From positions 1-35,379 of the IMG/VR virus record IMGVR_UViG_3300027627_000440: DNA of 35,379 bases; one strand, 5' to 3'. The stretch comes from a virus. Its lineage: Duplodnaviria; Caudoviricetes. The notes beneath the pieces were generated by a model. That model searched no databases. It had not been told where the DNA came from and was given only the letters and a program-made list of their open reading frames with translations. Made by a program: the position numbers and the translations under genes. Below are positions 15,925 to 25,202 of this stretch, one piece after another (positions within the stretch are counted from its first letter, which is position 1; every line of letters begins with the position of its first letter).

Positions 15925-18360
15925 ATGAGCAAAGTAATCCACGTTAAAAAGCGGAATGGAAGAGTTGAAGAACTCAACATCAATAAAATAAATCTTTGCG
16001 CCGAAAGAGCGTGTAAAGGTTTAGACAACGTTTCCGCGTCTGAAGTCGTTCTCGATACCCACCTTCAACTTTTCGACAAGATACAGACGACCGAGATAGA
16101 CAAGGCCTTGATTCTCACCGCTAGGAGCAAAATATACAAAGAGCCTAATTACTCCTACGCGAGCGCGAGACTGCTCTTGGCGTATCTATACAAAGAAGTC
16201 TTCGGAGAAAAGCGCGAAGAGGAAAGCCTTGAGCTTCAGTATCGCCACGCTTTCATCCGGCACATTAAAAGCCTAGTAAAGAAAGGGATACTACACCCCA
16301 ACTGTTTAGACTTTGATCTGAAGAAGATGTCTGAGGCTCTGTGCGTTGACAGAGATTTAATCTTCAAGTACCACGGACTACAAAACCTTTGCGATAGATA
16401 TTTTCTCAGAGACGAAAAGGGAAAGATCGCAGAAACTCCTCAAGCATTCTACATGCGCGTTGCTATGGGTCTATGCTGGAACGAAGAAAACAAAGAAGAC
16501 AAAGCGATAGAGTTCTACAACATCTACAGTCAGCATCTCGCAAGCCCCTCGACTCCTACGCTTTTTAATTCAGCTGGCGTTAGCAATCAGCTGTCCTCCT
16601 GCTATCTATCGGAAATAGAAGACTCCATTGACGGCATCTTTGACAGCCTGTGGCAAGAGGCTCGCAAATCTAAATACGCTGGCGGCTTAGGGTTTCACGT
16701 TTCTAAGCTGAGGGCCACGAATTCTCGAATCGTTGGCACGAACGGCTCATCCAGCGGACTTGTTCCTTGGATGAAGATCTACAACGACATGCTCATCGCC
16801 GTTAATCAAGGTGGGAAACGCAATGGTTCCGGCTGTGCATATCTGGAACCTTGGCATCTTGACGTTGAAGATTTTATTGATCTCCGAAAAGAAACGGGAG
16901 AAGAGCGCCGTCGAGCCCACGACATGAACACCGCCCTATGGTGTCCCGACTTGTTCTTTAAGCGAGTTGAGCAGGACGCGGACTGGATGCTGTTCTGCCC
17001 GAGCGAAACCCCCGAACTGCCAGAGACGTATGGGGCTGAATTTGAAAAGTTCTATCAGGATTATGAAAAGAAAGCTCTATCTGGAGAACTTAAGCAGTAC
17101 CGCGTCATTAAAGCCAAAGACCTGTGGAAGAAGATGCTCAAGTCCTACTTCGAGACATCGCATCCCTGGATAACCCACAAGGACAACGCAAACATGAGAT
17201 ACTCTAACGCGCACGAAGGAACCCTTCACGGATCCAATCTTTGCACCGAGATATTCCTCCACTCGAAGCACTCTAAATACAAAGACGGAAAAAAGACAGA
17301 GGTCGGAGAAACGGCCGTTTGCAATCTATCTAGCATCAACGTCTCCGCTTACGTAGAGGATAAAAAGATCAACTACAAAAAGATGTCAGAAGTTATCAGC
17401 CGCGTCATTCGCGCCCTAGATAACGTAATTGATATTAACTTTTACCCCACCGACGAATCTAAAAACTCAAACACAAAGCACCGCCCAGTCGGAATGGGGA
17501 CAATGGGGTGGGCAGATCTTTATCATAAACTTGGCGTCGTTCAGGATAGCGAAGCTGGAGTTAAACTTGCCGATGAACTTATGGAGTTCATCTCCTACCA
17601 CGCCATTCTTACGTCGAGCAAGTTGGCCGAAGAGCGCGGGAAGTATCCATCATACGAAGGCTCCGCATGGAGCAACGGAGTTCTGCCAATAGACAGCTGG
17701 CTGTCCCTGATGAAATTTAAAGGCACAGAAGTCCAGTTCACACCAAAAATGGATTGGCTTCCGGTCAGAGAGTCGATTGCCAAGCATGGAATGAGAAACT
17801 CGAACACTATGGCGATTGCGCCAAACGCGTCCATAGCTTATCAGCTGGGTGTCGAGCAGTCTATCGAGCCGAACTTCAGTGTACTATTCTCCTACGAGAA
17901 TAAATCGGGTCGCTATTATATCATCAACGATCATTTTGTTAGTGATATGAAAGAAGAGGGGCTTTGGAGTGCGCGTTTTGCCGAGCAAGTCAAAGCCGCA
18001 GATGGAGACGTCTCCCTCCTAGACATACCCGAGAAATACAAAGAAAAATACAAGACATGCTTCGATAGAGACCAAATGAAACTTGTCGAGGCTTGTGCCG
18101 CAAGACAGAAGTGGATTGATCAGGGAATCAGCTTCAACGGCTACAACAAAGGAAGTAGCTTAAAGTTTCTCAATGATTACTATATGCTGTCTAATAGACT
18201 AGGCTTGAAGTCTAACTATTATCTGAGAAATGTTCCAGCTAGCAAAACACAAAAGACGACGACAGTAGTCACCCAAGAGACACCAACAGAGACGCAGAAA
18301 GCCGAGTGCTCCATTGACGCAATGAAGAATGGCGGAAGCTGTGTCATGTGCGAGGGATAA
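15925..18360 (+). CDS. nrdA: Ribonucleotide reductase class I alpha subunit with ATP cone
   Basis: VKKRNG ATP cone, TPTLFN, LSSCY, SNLCTEI, VCNLSS, YYLR, C-terminal CVMCEG; no intein seen. Confidence 0.97.
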   Translation: MSKVIHVKKRNGRVEELNINKINLCAERACKGLDNVSASEVVLDTHLQLFDKIQTTEIDKALILTARSKIYKEPNYSYASARLLLAYLYKEVFGEKREEESLELQYRHAFIRHIKSLVKKGILHPNCLDFDLKKMSEALCVDRDLIFKYHGLQNLCDRYFLRDEKGKIAETPQAFYMRVAMGLCWNEENKEDKAIEFYNIYSQHLASPSTPTLFNSAGVSNQLSSCYLSEIEDSIDGIFDSLWQEARKSKYAGGLGFHVSKLRATNSRIVGTNGSSSGLVPWMKIYNDMLIAVNQGGKRNGSGCAYLEPWHLDVEDFIDLRKETGEERRRAHDMNTALWCPDLFFKRVEQDADWMLFCPSETPELPETYGAEFEKFYQDYEKKALSGELKQYRVIKAKDLWKKMLKSYFETSHPWITHKDNANMRYSNAHEGTLHGSNLCTEIFLHSKHSKYKDGKKTEVGETAVCNLSSINVSAYVEDKKINYKKMSEVISRVIRALDNVIDINFYPTDESKNSNTKHRPVGMGTMGWADLYHKLGVVQDSEAGVKLADELMEFISYHAILTSSKLAEERGKYPSYEGSAWSNGVLPIDSWLSLMKFKGTEVQFTPKMDWLPVRESIAKHGMRNSNTMAIAPNASIAYQLGVEQSIEPNFSVLFSYENKSGRYYIINDHFVSDMKEEGLWSARFAEQVKAADGDVSLLDIPEKYKEKYKTCFDRDQMKLVEACAARQKWIDQGISFNGYNKGSSLKFLNDYYMLSNRLGLKSNYYLRNVPASKTQKTTTVVTQETPTETQKAECSIDAMKNGGSCVMCEG

Positions 18361-18361
18361 G

Positions 18362-19378
18362 ATGATGAAAAATAAAACCAAACTGCTGGACGGCAATCCG
18401 GCAGGAGTTTCCCAGCTGCTAGAGTCCAGGCATAAGTATCCAATAGAACTTTGGAAAAAGGCTTGCGCCAATAACTGGATGCCTCAGTCAGTTAACATGT
18501 CCGAGGATATCAAACAGTGGAAAGAGAAAGGGTTGATTAGCGACGATGAGCGACTTCTAATTAAAAGAACCCTTGGTCTATTTGCGGCCGGAGAGAGCCT
18601 AGTCTCGAACTCCATCATGCTCAACGAGTACAAGTATGTCACGGACGGAGCCTGCCGTCAGTACTTACTCCGCAAGTCGTTCGAGGAGAGCCTGCATAAC
18701 TTTACCGTTTCGGTGTGCTGCGAGGCGTATGGGCTTGATGTCCATGACGTCGCGGAGGCCTACAAGAGCATCAAGACTATCAAAGCTAAAGACCAGTTCC
18801 TAGAAGGCGTCATATCCGACATGGGAGCTAAGGACTTTAATATTGAGACCATCAGAGGCAAACAGGATTTCGTGCGCAACATCTTTACCTTCTATATTAT
18901 TTGCGAGGGTTGCTGGTTCTATCCCAACTTTGCTATGGTTCTCAGCCTAGGCAGACAGAATAAATTGCGCGGCCTATGTGACCAGATAGCCTACACCATG
19001 AGAGATGAAACTCTTCATTTCTCATTTGGGGTTTATTTAATAAACGAATTGAAGAAGGAATACCCCGAAATCTGGACTAATAAGTTCCAAAATGACCTAA
19101 TAGACCTCATGAAAGAGGCTATGGAATTAGAAGTTAACTATTCTAAAGAAGTCCTTCCTAATGGCATCTTGGGGGTAAATTCTCAAATGTTAGTGGAATA
19201 TGTACAGTTTTTAGCCAACGATAGGCTCGAACAGGTAGGCCTAGACCATAAGTTTCCTAGCGTTAAGAACCCATTTCCTTGGCTTGGGGAGACTCAGGAT
19301 AGTTCGGCTATGACAGCTTTCTTTGAGGTTAGAAACAAGGACTACCAGAACGCTGGAGCCCTAATTGACGACTTTTAG
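18362..19378 (+). CDS. nrdB: Ribonucleotide reductase beta subunit, class Ic (R2c)-like
   Basis: NNWMP, GESLV, EESLH, CEGCWFY, RDETLH, FFEVRNKDYQ; ATG 1 nt after the nrdA stop. Confidence 0.95.
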   Translation: MMKNKTKLLDGNPAGVSQLLESRHKYPIELWKKACANNWMPQSVNMSEDIKQWKEKGLISDDERLLIKRTLGLFAAGESLVSNSIMLNEYKYVTDGACRQYLLRKSFEESLHNFTVSVCCEAYGLDVHDVAEAYKSIKTIKAKDQFLEGVISDMGAKDFNIETIRGKQDFVRNIFTFYIICEGCWFYPNFAMVLSLGRQNKLRGLCDQIAYTMRDETLHFSFGVYLINELKKEYPEIWTNKFQNDLIDLMKEAMELEVNYSKEVLPNGILGVNSQMLVEYVQFLANDRLEQVGLDHKFPSVKNPFPWLGETQDSSAMTAFFEVRNKDYQNAGALIDDF

Positions 19379-19429
19379 AAGAAAGTATTTCTCCCCAGCT
19401 CACCCTTCGGTGTAAACTAAGTTGAAATC

Positions 19430-19729
19430 ATGGAAAATGCTTTTGCTCCCCAATTCGTGTTCAATATCGTTTTTGCGATATTAAGCTTCTTTTCAGGCTG
19501 GATGCTGAAGGTCATCTTCGGTCTAATAAGCCGAATTCAAGAAGACAACAAGAGTACCACGGATAAGATTCAGGAAGACTACCGCAGATTGGCTGAGCAG
19601 GTCACGGACCTCGCAATTTCCCTACCCCAAAACTACGTTTCCAAAGATGACTTCAATCAGCTTCTTAAGGCCGTTCATCACAGATTCGACAGGTTAGAGG
19701 AAAAAGTAGACTCTCTTAAAACGAAGTAG
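19430..19729 (+). CDS. Membrane-anchored coiled-coil phage protein
   Basis: N-terminal TM, then YVSKDDF...FDRLEEKVD. Confidence 0.7.
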   Translation: MENAFAPQFVFNIVFAILSFFSGWMLKVIFGLISRIQEDNKSTTDKIQEDYRRLAEQVTDLAISLPQNYVSKDDFNQLLKAVHHRFDRLEEKVDSLKTK

Positions 19730-19795
19730 CTTCTTCGTTCAAATTCTACAAATATCTTCAGTGCATTTACAGTCCTATCGACGGACTAATAGTGC

Positions 19796-20662
19796 ATGAA
19801 AATCCTCTTTATAAGCGATTATTCTCTTGAACATAACAAGGGCGGAGCGCAAAGAAGTAACGATTTAATAATAAAGAGAGGCAGGGAGCTCGGGCACGAG
19901 GTCAAATGCTTCCATTTTGATTGCGACCCCACGATTTGCAACGAGGAGTACGATCACGTCATCTCCTCGAATCTTCAAGATATAACTAGGTTTCATCCAA
20001 ATATTATTAGTTGGCTGTATAATCAGCCCGCCCACTCTAGGCTAGAGCATGACAAGAACGCGTACCTCACCCCCGATCAGAGAAGAATGCTATTTTCTAA
20101 ATGTAAAAACACCTTTTTTCTATCTCGGTATCATCACGAGCTATTCAAGACTCTCTACGGTGACTTTTTTACCAACGTCAAGATAGTCCATGACCCCATA
20201 GACACTGACCTTTTTTACGACAAGAAGCTAGTAAGAGAAGAGAAAACCCTCGGAGTCGGATTCATGCACTATCTTAAGGGCTCAGACTTGTTCTTCAACG
20301 TCGTGCGGAGCAATCCCGATAAACAGTTTGTCGTCGCTGGATGGGGGCTTCCAGAGTATGTCAGCCTTGCTCGATCTTGCCCAAACGTAGAGTTCCTTGG
20401 GGTAGTCGAGTATTCGGACATGCCAAATCTGTACAACAAGTACTCGAATCTTTTCTATCACCCCATAACGGAAGAGCCCTTTTGCAGATCAGTAGGGGAG
20501 GCAGCTCTGTGCGGTATAAAGCTGCACGTCCCGGCGGGAAAGATCGGGGCGATGCAAGAGATAGAAAGGCTTGGCCTAGACGGATTCAAAGAGGGCTGCA
20601 AAACAGCCGCAGACTCTTTTTGGAAGATCATCACCGATGAAAATACTATTAGTTCTCAATAA
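19796..20662 (+). CDS. GT-B fold glycosyltransferase (GT4-like)
   Basis: KILFISD..GGAQRS, KG, EPFCRSVGEAALCG. Confidence 0.85.
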   Translation: MKILFISDYSLEHNKGGAQRSNDLIIKRGRELGHEVKCFHFDCDPTICNEEYDHVISSNLQDITRFHPNIISWLYNQPAHSRLEHDKNAYLTPDQRRMLFSKCKNTFFLSRYHHELFKTLYGDFFTNVKIVHDPIDTDLFYDKKLVREEKTLGVGFMHYLKGSDLFFNVVRSNPDKQFVVAGWGLPEYVSLARSCPNVEFLGVVEYSDMPNLYNKYSNLFYHPITEEPFCRSVGEAALCGIKLHVPAGKIGAMQEIERLGLDGFKEGCKTAADSFWKIITDENTISSQ

Positions 20663-21551
20663 GTTCCTAGTCAGGAATGGCAATAAAAGAATTGACTCGG
20701 GCCACTTCAACGTGTACGTCCCGCTTTTAGAGCTTGGTCACGACGTTAAATGGTACGACACAGTAGAGCCAGAAGAGAAAGACTTTAAGCGGGTTGTCGA
20801 TGAATTTTCCCCAGATATAATTTTTTGCTGTTTTACTGGCAACTCCAACTTTGCCCCGTACGAGCCCCTGAAGGAGATTGAGGAGATAACCAAGATGGGC
20901 AATATAAAAACTTTTAATTGGTTTTGTGATGACACTTGGAGATTTGAAAATTTCTCAAGTAAGATATGCAAGGCGTTTCACTGCTGTTCCACCCCAGAGC
21001 CAAGCTATCTAGAAAAGTTCAAGGCAATTGGATACAACAATATAATCCTAGGAAGCTGGCACTGTAATAGGGATTTGCACGTAAAGCCCGAAGCCCTAGT
21101 AAAAGAAGTCGGCTTCTGCGGCGGGGTAACCCGAAGCAGACAAGTTCACCTAGCCAATTTATCAAATCTATTCGACGTTGGATATTTCGGTGGATGCACC
21201 TATGAGGAAATGTTTCTTGGCTACTCTGCATGCAAAGTTGGGGTTAACTTTAGCGTAAACGACAACGACCCAAGTGGGAAAACGCAAATGAAACTGAGAG
21301 TCATGGAGATCGCTAATGCCGGTTCTCTACTAATCACAGAGTACACTAGCGGGCTAGAAGACCTATTTGTCATTGGCGAAGAGATTGTTGCATTCTCATC
21401 GCCAGAAGAAATGATTGATAAAGTCCGATTCTATCTCGATAATGAAGAGAGTAGATTGAAAATAGCAAAGAGGGGTGAAGATAGGTTCGTTAAAGACCAC
21501 GAGTCCAAAATCAGAATGGAACAGATAATTAATCAAATAAATAAAATATGA
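20637..21551 (+). CDS. CgeB-like glycosyltransferase
   Basis: NWFCDDTWRF, VGFCGG, QMKLRVMEIANAGSLLITE, LFVIGEEI. Confidence 0.85.
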   Translation: MKILLVLNKFLVRNGNKRIDSGHFNVYVPLLELGHDVKWYDTVEPEEKDFKRVVDEFSPDIIFCCFTGNSNFAPYEPLKEIEEITKMGNIKTFNWFCDDTWRFENFSSKICKAFHCCSTPEPSYLEKFKAIGYNNIILGSWHCNRDLHVKPEALVKEVGFCGGVTRSRQVHLANLSNLFDVGYFGGCTYEEMFLGYSACKVGVNFSVNDNDPSGKTQMKLRVMEIANAGSLLITEYTSGLEDLFVIGEEIVAFSSPEEMIDKVRFYLDNEESRLKIAKRGEDRFVKDHESKIRMEQIINQINKI

Positions 21552-22453
21552 GGGCGTATATCCCAATTCACAATTCAGGCGCAGGCAAGTGGATCTATAA
21601 GGGTTACGCAAAGGCATGGAGTGCTCTTGGGTATGAAGTGCACTTCTTTTCAGGCATAAGCGAAATCAAGGACGACGGAGAATATTACGTTATGTGCATC
21701 GACGCCCAAGTCGATAACGAGAATTTTCACATTTTAGAAAATAGCACAGCAACATTCGTTTACACTCAGCCAAACGTCTTCCCGCTTCCATGGCGTAACC
21801 ACCCCAACTTTCAATGCCACTGCCGCCCAGACGTAATTAAAAAGATAAACAAACTCGGCAAAGCCAAAACGTGGACATTCGGACACTCTACAAGATTTCA
21901 TTCGCTATGGAAGAAGCCGCTCACTGTTCCGCTAGCTTTCGATGATGAGTCGTACAAAGACAACCAGCCGAAAGAAGACATAGACGTTTGCTTTATTGGC
22001 GGCGCGGCTAACAACGGCTTTGACACCAAGATGGGGATAATGAGCAAGACCCTTGAAGAGTTTAAAGATAGCGGCTTGAAATGCGCATTTCACGTAAATG
22101 AGTCAATTTCACATGAACGGGAGAGCCAGATTTTATTTTCCTCGAAGGTCGCGTTAAACATTCACGACGAATACCAAAGGGTTCTCGGCTTAGACACAAA
22201 CGAAAGAACGTTCAAGTCTCTCGGGTGCTGCGGATTACTCGTTAGCGATGAGATAGACTGTCTTGATTCTTTATTTAACGGGCTGCCACAAACTAATGAC
22301 CCCCAAAAGATGGTTAAGATTATCAAAGAATCCCTAGCCTCCTTCTCTGCCGATAAACTATCGGAGATGAAGGAGAGGACTAAGTCCCTCGTGCTGAAAA
22401 GCCACACATACAAAAATAGAGTGAAAGCGTTACTAAATGAACAAGCAACCTAG
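21548..22453 (+). CDS. CgeB-like glycosyltransferase
   Basis: VPLAFD, DVCFIGG, SKVALNIH, NERTFK, HTYKNRV. Confidence 0.8.
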   Translation: MRAYIPIHNSGAGKWIYKGYAKAWSALGYEVHFFSGISEIKDDGEYYVMCIDAQVDNENFHILENSTATFVYTQPNVFPLPWRNHPNFQCHCRPDVIKKINKLGKAKTWTFGHSTRFHSLWKKPLTVPLAFDDESYKDNQPKEDIDVCFIGGAANNGFDTKMGIMSKTLEEFKDSGLKCAFHVNESISHERESQILFSSKVALNIHDEYQRVLGLDTNERTFKSLGCCGLLVSDEIDCLDSLFNGLPQTNDPQKMVKIIKESLASFSADKLSEMKERTKSLVLKSHTYKNRVKALLNEQAT

Positions 22454-23195
22454 AGTAACTTGCATTATACCCTGCTACAACGCAGAGAATTGGGTAGAAG
22501 AAGCGGTTTCCTCCGTTCTTTCCCAAAGCTATGAAAATCTAGAGATCTTTGCAATAGATAATGAGAGCACGGACGGAACCTTAGTTAAATTAAAAGCTAT
22601 AAAAGAAAATCTATATCCAGACCTAATAGTGGAGTCCGTCCCGAATATATACCCGCTCTGCTGCCAAGAATGCGTCGAAGCCGTCCTCCCCAAGATGAGC
22701 GGCGACTACTTCTTCATCATGGGAGCCGATGACCTTCTCTACACGAACTTCGTCCGCAACAACATAAATTTCATACTTAACAGACAATTTGAAATTAGCG
22801 AAGAGATACTAATCTGGCAAAGCCAGATAATCTCAATAAACGCCGAGAGCGCGATTCTACAAGAAAGGGTCGCTCACAGTTACAAGGACCTAGAAGAGTT
22901 CAAGGCCCTCTGCCTCAAGCATAGCCCAGTTGCCACCCCCACCGTTTTCTACTCAAAGAAACTTGTCGACATGGGCTTGTATAAGCCAAATTCCGAAGAG
23001 TTCAGCGGCGCCGCCGATTATGACCTATACTGCCAATTAGCCGACGCCGGTGTTTTTATCCATATCATTCCCATGGCAATTGGTTATTATTACCGGTGGC
23101 ATCCAGAGCAATCAACGTGGGGGATGCATCGCCAACCGGTCAATTACGACGCCAAGATAAAAGAAAAATGGAGAAACAAATGGCAAGTAAAATAG
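22437..23195 (+). CDS. GT2 glycosyltransferase
   Basis: IIPCYN, DNESTDGT, GADD, ADYDL, YYYRWH. Confidence 0.9.
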   Translation: MNKQPRVTCIIPCYNAENWVEEAVSSVLSQSYENLEIFAIDNESTDGTLVKLKAIKENLYPDLIVESVPNIYPLCCQECVEAVLPKMSGDYFFIMGADDLLYTNFVRNNINFILNRQFEISEEILIWQSQIISINAESAILQERVAHSYKDLEEFKALCLKHSPVATPTVFYSKKLVDMGLYKPNSEEFSGAADYDLYCQLADAGVFIHIIPMAIGYYYRWHPEQSTWGMHRQPVNYDAKIKEKWRNKWQVK

Positions 23196-24136
23196 TTTAC
23201 GTAACTGGATGCTTAGGCTTTATTGGGTCTTATGTCACTAAAAAATGCCTTGATCTAGGATGGTTTGTCAGGGGCGTCGACAAATGCACGTACGCGTCCA
23301 GGCCAGACAAGCTAGCCGAGTTCAACGCTTATCCCAATTTCGTTTTTGAAAAAAAAGACATTAACGACATAGAGTTCCTTTACGACTGCGACTATATAAT
23401 AAATACCGCAGCAGAAACCCACGTAGGTAATTCAATTGTCGATAGCGCGGACTTCATTCACTCGAATGTCTCTGGCACCCATAAACTTTTAGAGCTTCTC
23501 CGAAACTATCGGCAAGAAAATAAAAATAAGCCGACTCTTCTTCACTTCAGTACGGACGAAGTATATGGGGACATCGGACAAGGGGAGCATGTAGAGACGG
23601 ACATCCTCAAGCCCAGCAATCCATACTCCGCCACGAAAGCCGCTGCGGACATGCTTGTCCTGGCTTGGGCTAGAACTTACGGAATTAATTACGTAATAGT
23701 GCGACCCACGAACAATTATGGCGTCGGTCAATACGTAGAGAAACTCATTCCCAAGACGATCAAATACCTTAAGCTCGGTAGAAAAATCCCTCTGCATAAC
23801 AACGGATCTCCAATCAGAAACTGGCTACATTCGGACGATACCGCGTCAGCAGTTATCCGCATAATTGAGAACGGTTGCCAAAACAAGATTTACAATATAT
23901 GCGGAGGCTTCGAGCAAGACAACCTAACTACGGTCAGGAAGATCATCAACCAGTATTCTAATTCTGAAACAGAAATAAACGACTATCTAGACTTAACCTA
24001 CAGTCGCGTCGGCCAAGACGTAAGGTACGCGCTCAACGACGATAAGCTTCGAAGCATCGGCTGGAGGCCCAAGATGAAATTCGATGAAGAACTCCCAGCA
24101 ATAGTCGATTTTTACAGAGACAAATTCATATGGTAA
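23180..24136 (+). CDS. rmlB: dTDP-glucose 4,6-dehydratase-like
   Basis: TGCLGFIGS, AAETHV, STDEVYG, PYSATKAA, NNYG, EKLIP; start trimmed to MASKIV. Confidence 0.9.
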   Translation: MASKIVYVTGCLGFIGSYVTKKCLDLGWFVRGVDKCTYASRPDKLAEFNAYPNFVFEKKDINDIEFLYDCDYIINTAAETHVGNSIVDSADFIHSNVSGTHKLLELLRNYRQENKNKPTLLHFSTDEVYGDIGQGEHVETDILKPSNPYSATKAAADMLVLAWARTYGINYVIVRPTNNYGVGQYVEKLIPKTIKYLKLGRKIPLHNNGSPIRNWLHSDDTASAVIRIIENGCQNKIYNICGGFEQDNLTTVRKIINQYSNSETEINDYLDLTYSRVGQDVRYALNDDKLRSIGWRPKMKFDEELPAIVDFYRDKFIW

Positions 24137-25200
24137 AGACCAACGCATTTGAAAATTTATTTGTACTGGAGCTAGCCAACAACCACTGGGGCTCTCTAGA
24201 TAGAGGAAAGAAGATCGTTAGAGAGTTCTCCAAGATTGTAAAGAAGCACAATGTAAAAGCTTCGATTAAATTACAATTTAGAGATGTTGAAAGTTTTATC
24301 CACAAGGACTATTCGGACGGCGCGAAATCCGCGTCTTTCGCTTACGGCAGATATATAAATAAAACCGCAAAAACAAAGCTCTCCAAAGAAGACCTGCTTA
24401 CTCTTGTTAATTATATTAAGAGATGGGGTTGCACGTCTATGGCGACGCCGTTCGATGAGCGCTCTGTTGATTGGTGCGAAGAGATGGGCATATCAATAAT
24501 TAAGATTGCAAGCTCCGACATAAACGATTGGATTCTCATTGATAGGATAGCCAAAACAAAAAAGCCAACTATTATCTCTACCGGCGGCGCGGACGAAAAG
24601 CAAATAGACGACGTAGTGAGATATTTTGAGAACAGAAAAATTCCCTTAGGAATCAATCACTGCGTATCCAAATATCCATCCGAAGACGATGAGCTAGATC
24701 TAAATCAGATAGACTACCTGAAGGCAAGATATCCCAATAATACCATCGGCCTATCTACTCACGAGCATAAGGACTGGCGGTCATCAATGCTCATCTCTTA
24801 CGCCAAAGGAGCCAGAACCTGGGAAAGACACGTCGATATTCCCTACGGCCCAGATGAGTGCGAGCAAAAAGAAATCAGCTCCTACTGCTCTCTCCCCACT
24901 CAAATAGATCAATGGTTTGATGCTCACAAAAAGGCAGTCGAAATGTGCGGCTCTTCCCCAGAAGAAAGAAGAGCAATAGGAGAAAAAGAATCCGAGTACC
25001 TAAAAGCCTTATACAGAGGGCTGTACTTAAAGTCAAGTCTAAAAAATGGCGACAAGATATCGTTAGGAGACCTATATAGCGCCGTGCCCTTCCAGAAAGA
25101 GAAGTTTCAATTTTCATCTAGAGAATTCATAGATGGAGAATACACTTTGAACAAAGACCTCCCAAAAGACAGTCCACTTACAGTTAGTGACGTTTTTTAA
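24130..25200 (+). CDS. NeuB-family PEP-dependent ulosonic acid synthase
   Basis: LELANNH, KLQ, TPFD, KIAS, STG, HCVSKYP, GLSTH, ERH, C-terminal SAF-like domain. Confidence 0.88.
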   Translation: MVKTNAFENLFVLELANNHWGSLDRGKKIVREFSKIVKKHNVKASIKLQFRDVESFIHKDYSDGAKSASFAYGRYINKTAKTKLSKEDLLTLVNYIKRWGCTSMATPFDERSVDWCEEMGISIIKIASSDINDWILIDRIAKTKKPTIISTGGADEKQIDDVVRYFENRKIPLGINHCVSKYPSEDDELDLNQIDYLKARYPNNTIGLSTHEHKDWRSSMLISYAKGARTWERHVDIPYGPDECEQKEISSYCSLPTQIDQWFDAHKKAVEMCGSSPEERRAIGEKESEYLKALYRGLYLKSSLKNGDKISLGDLYSAVPFQKEKFQFSSREFIDGEYTLNKDLPKDSPLTVSDVF

Positions 25201-25202
25201 GA

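Noticed and set aside
15925-19378. Intein or intron in nrdA/nrdB
   Set aside because: Normal lengths, continuous motifs and no splice-junction signatures
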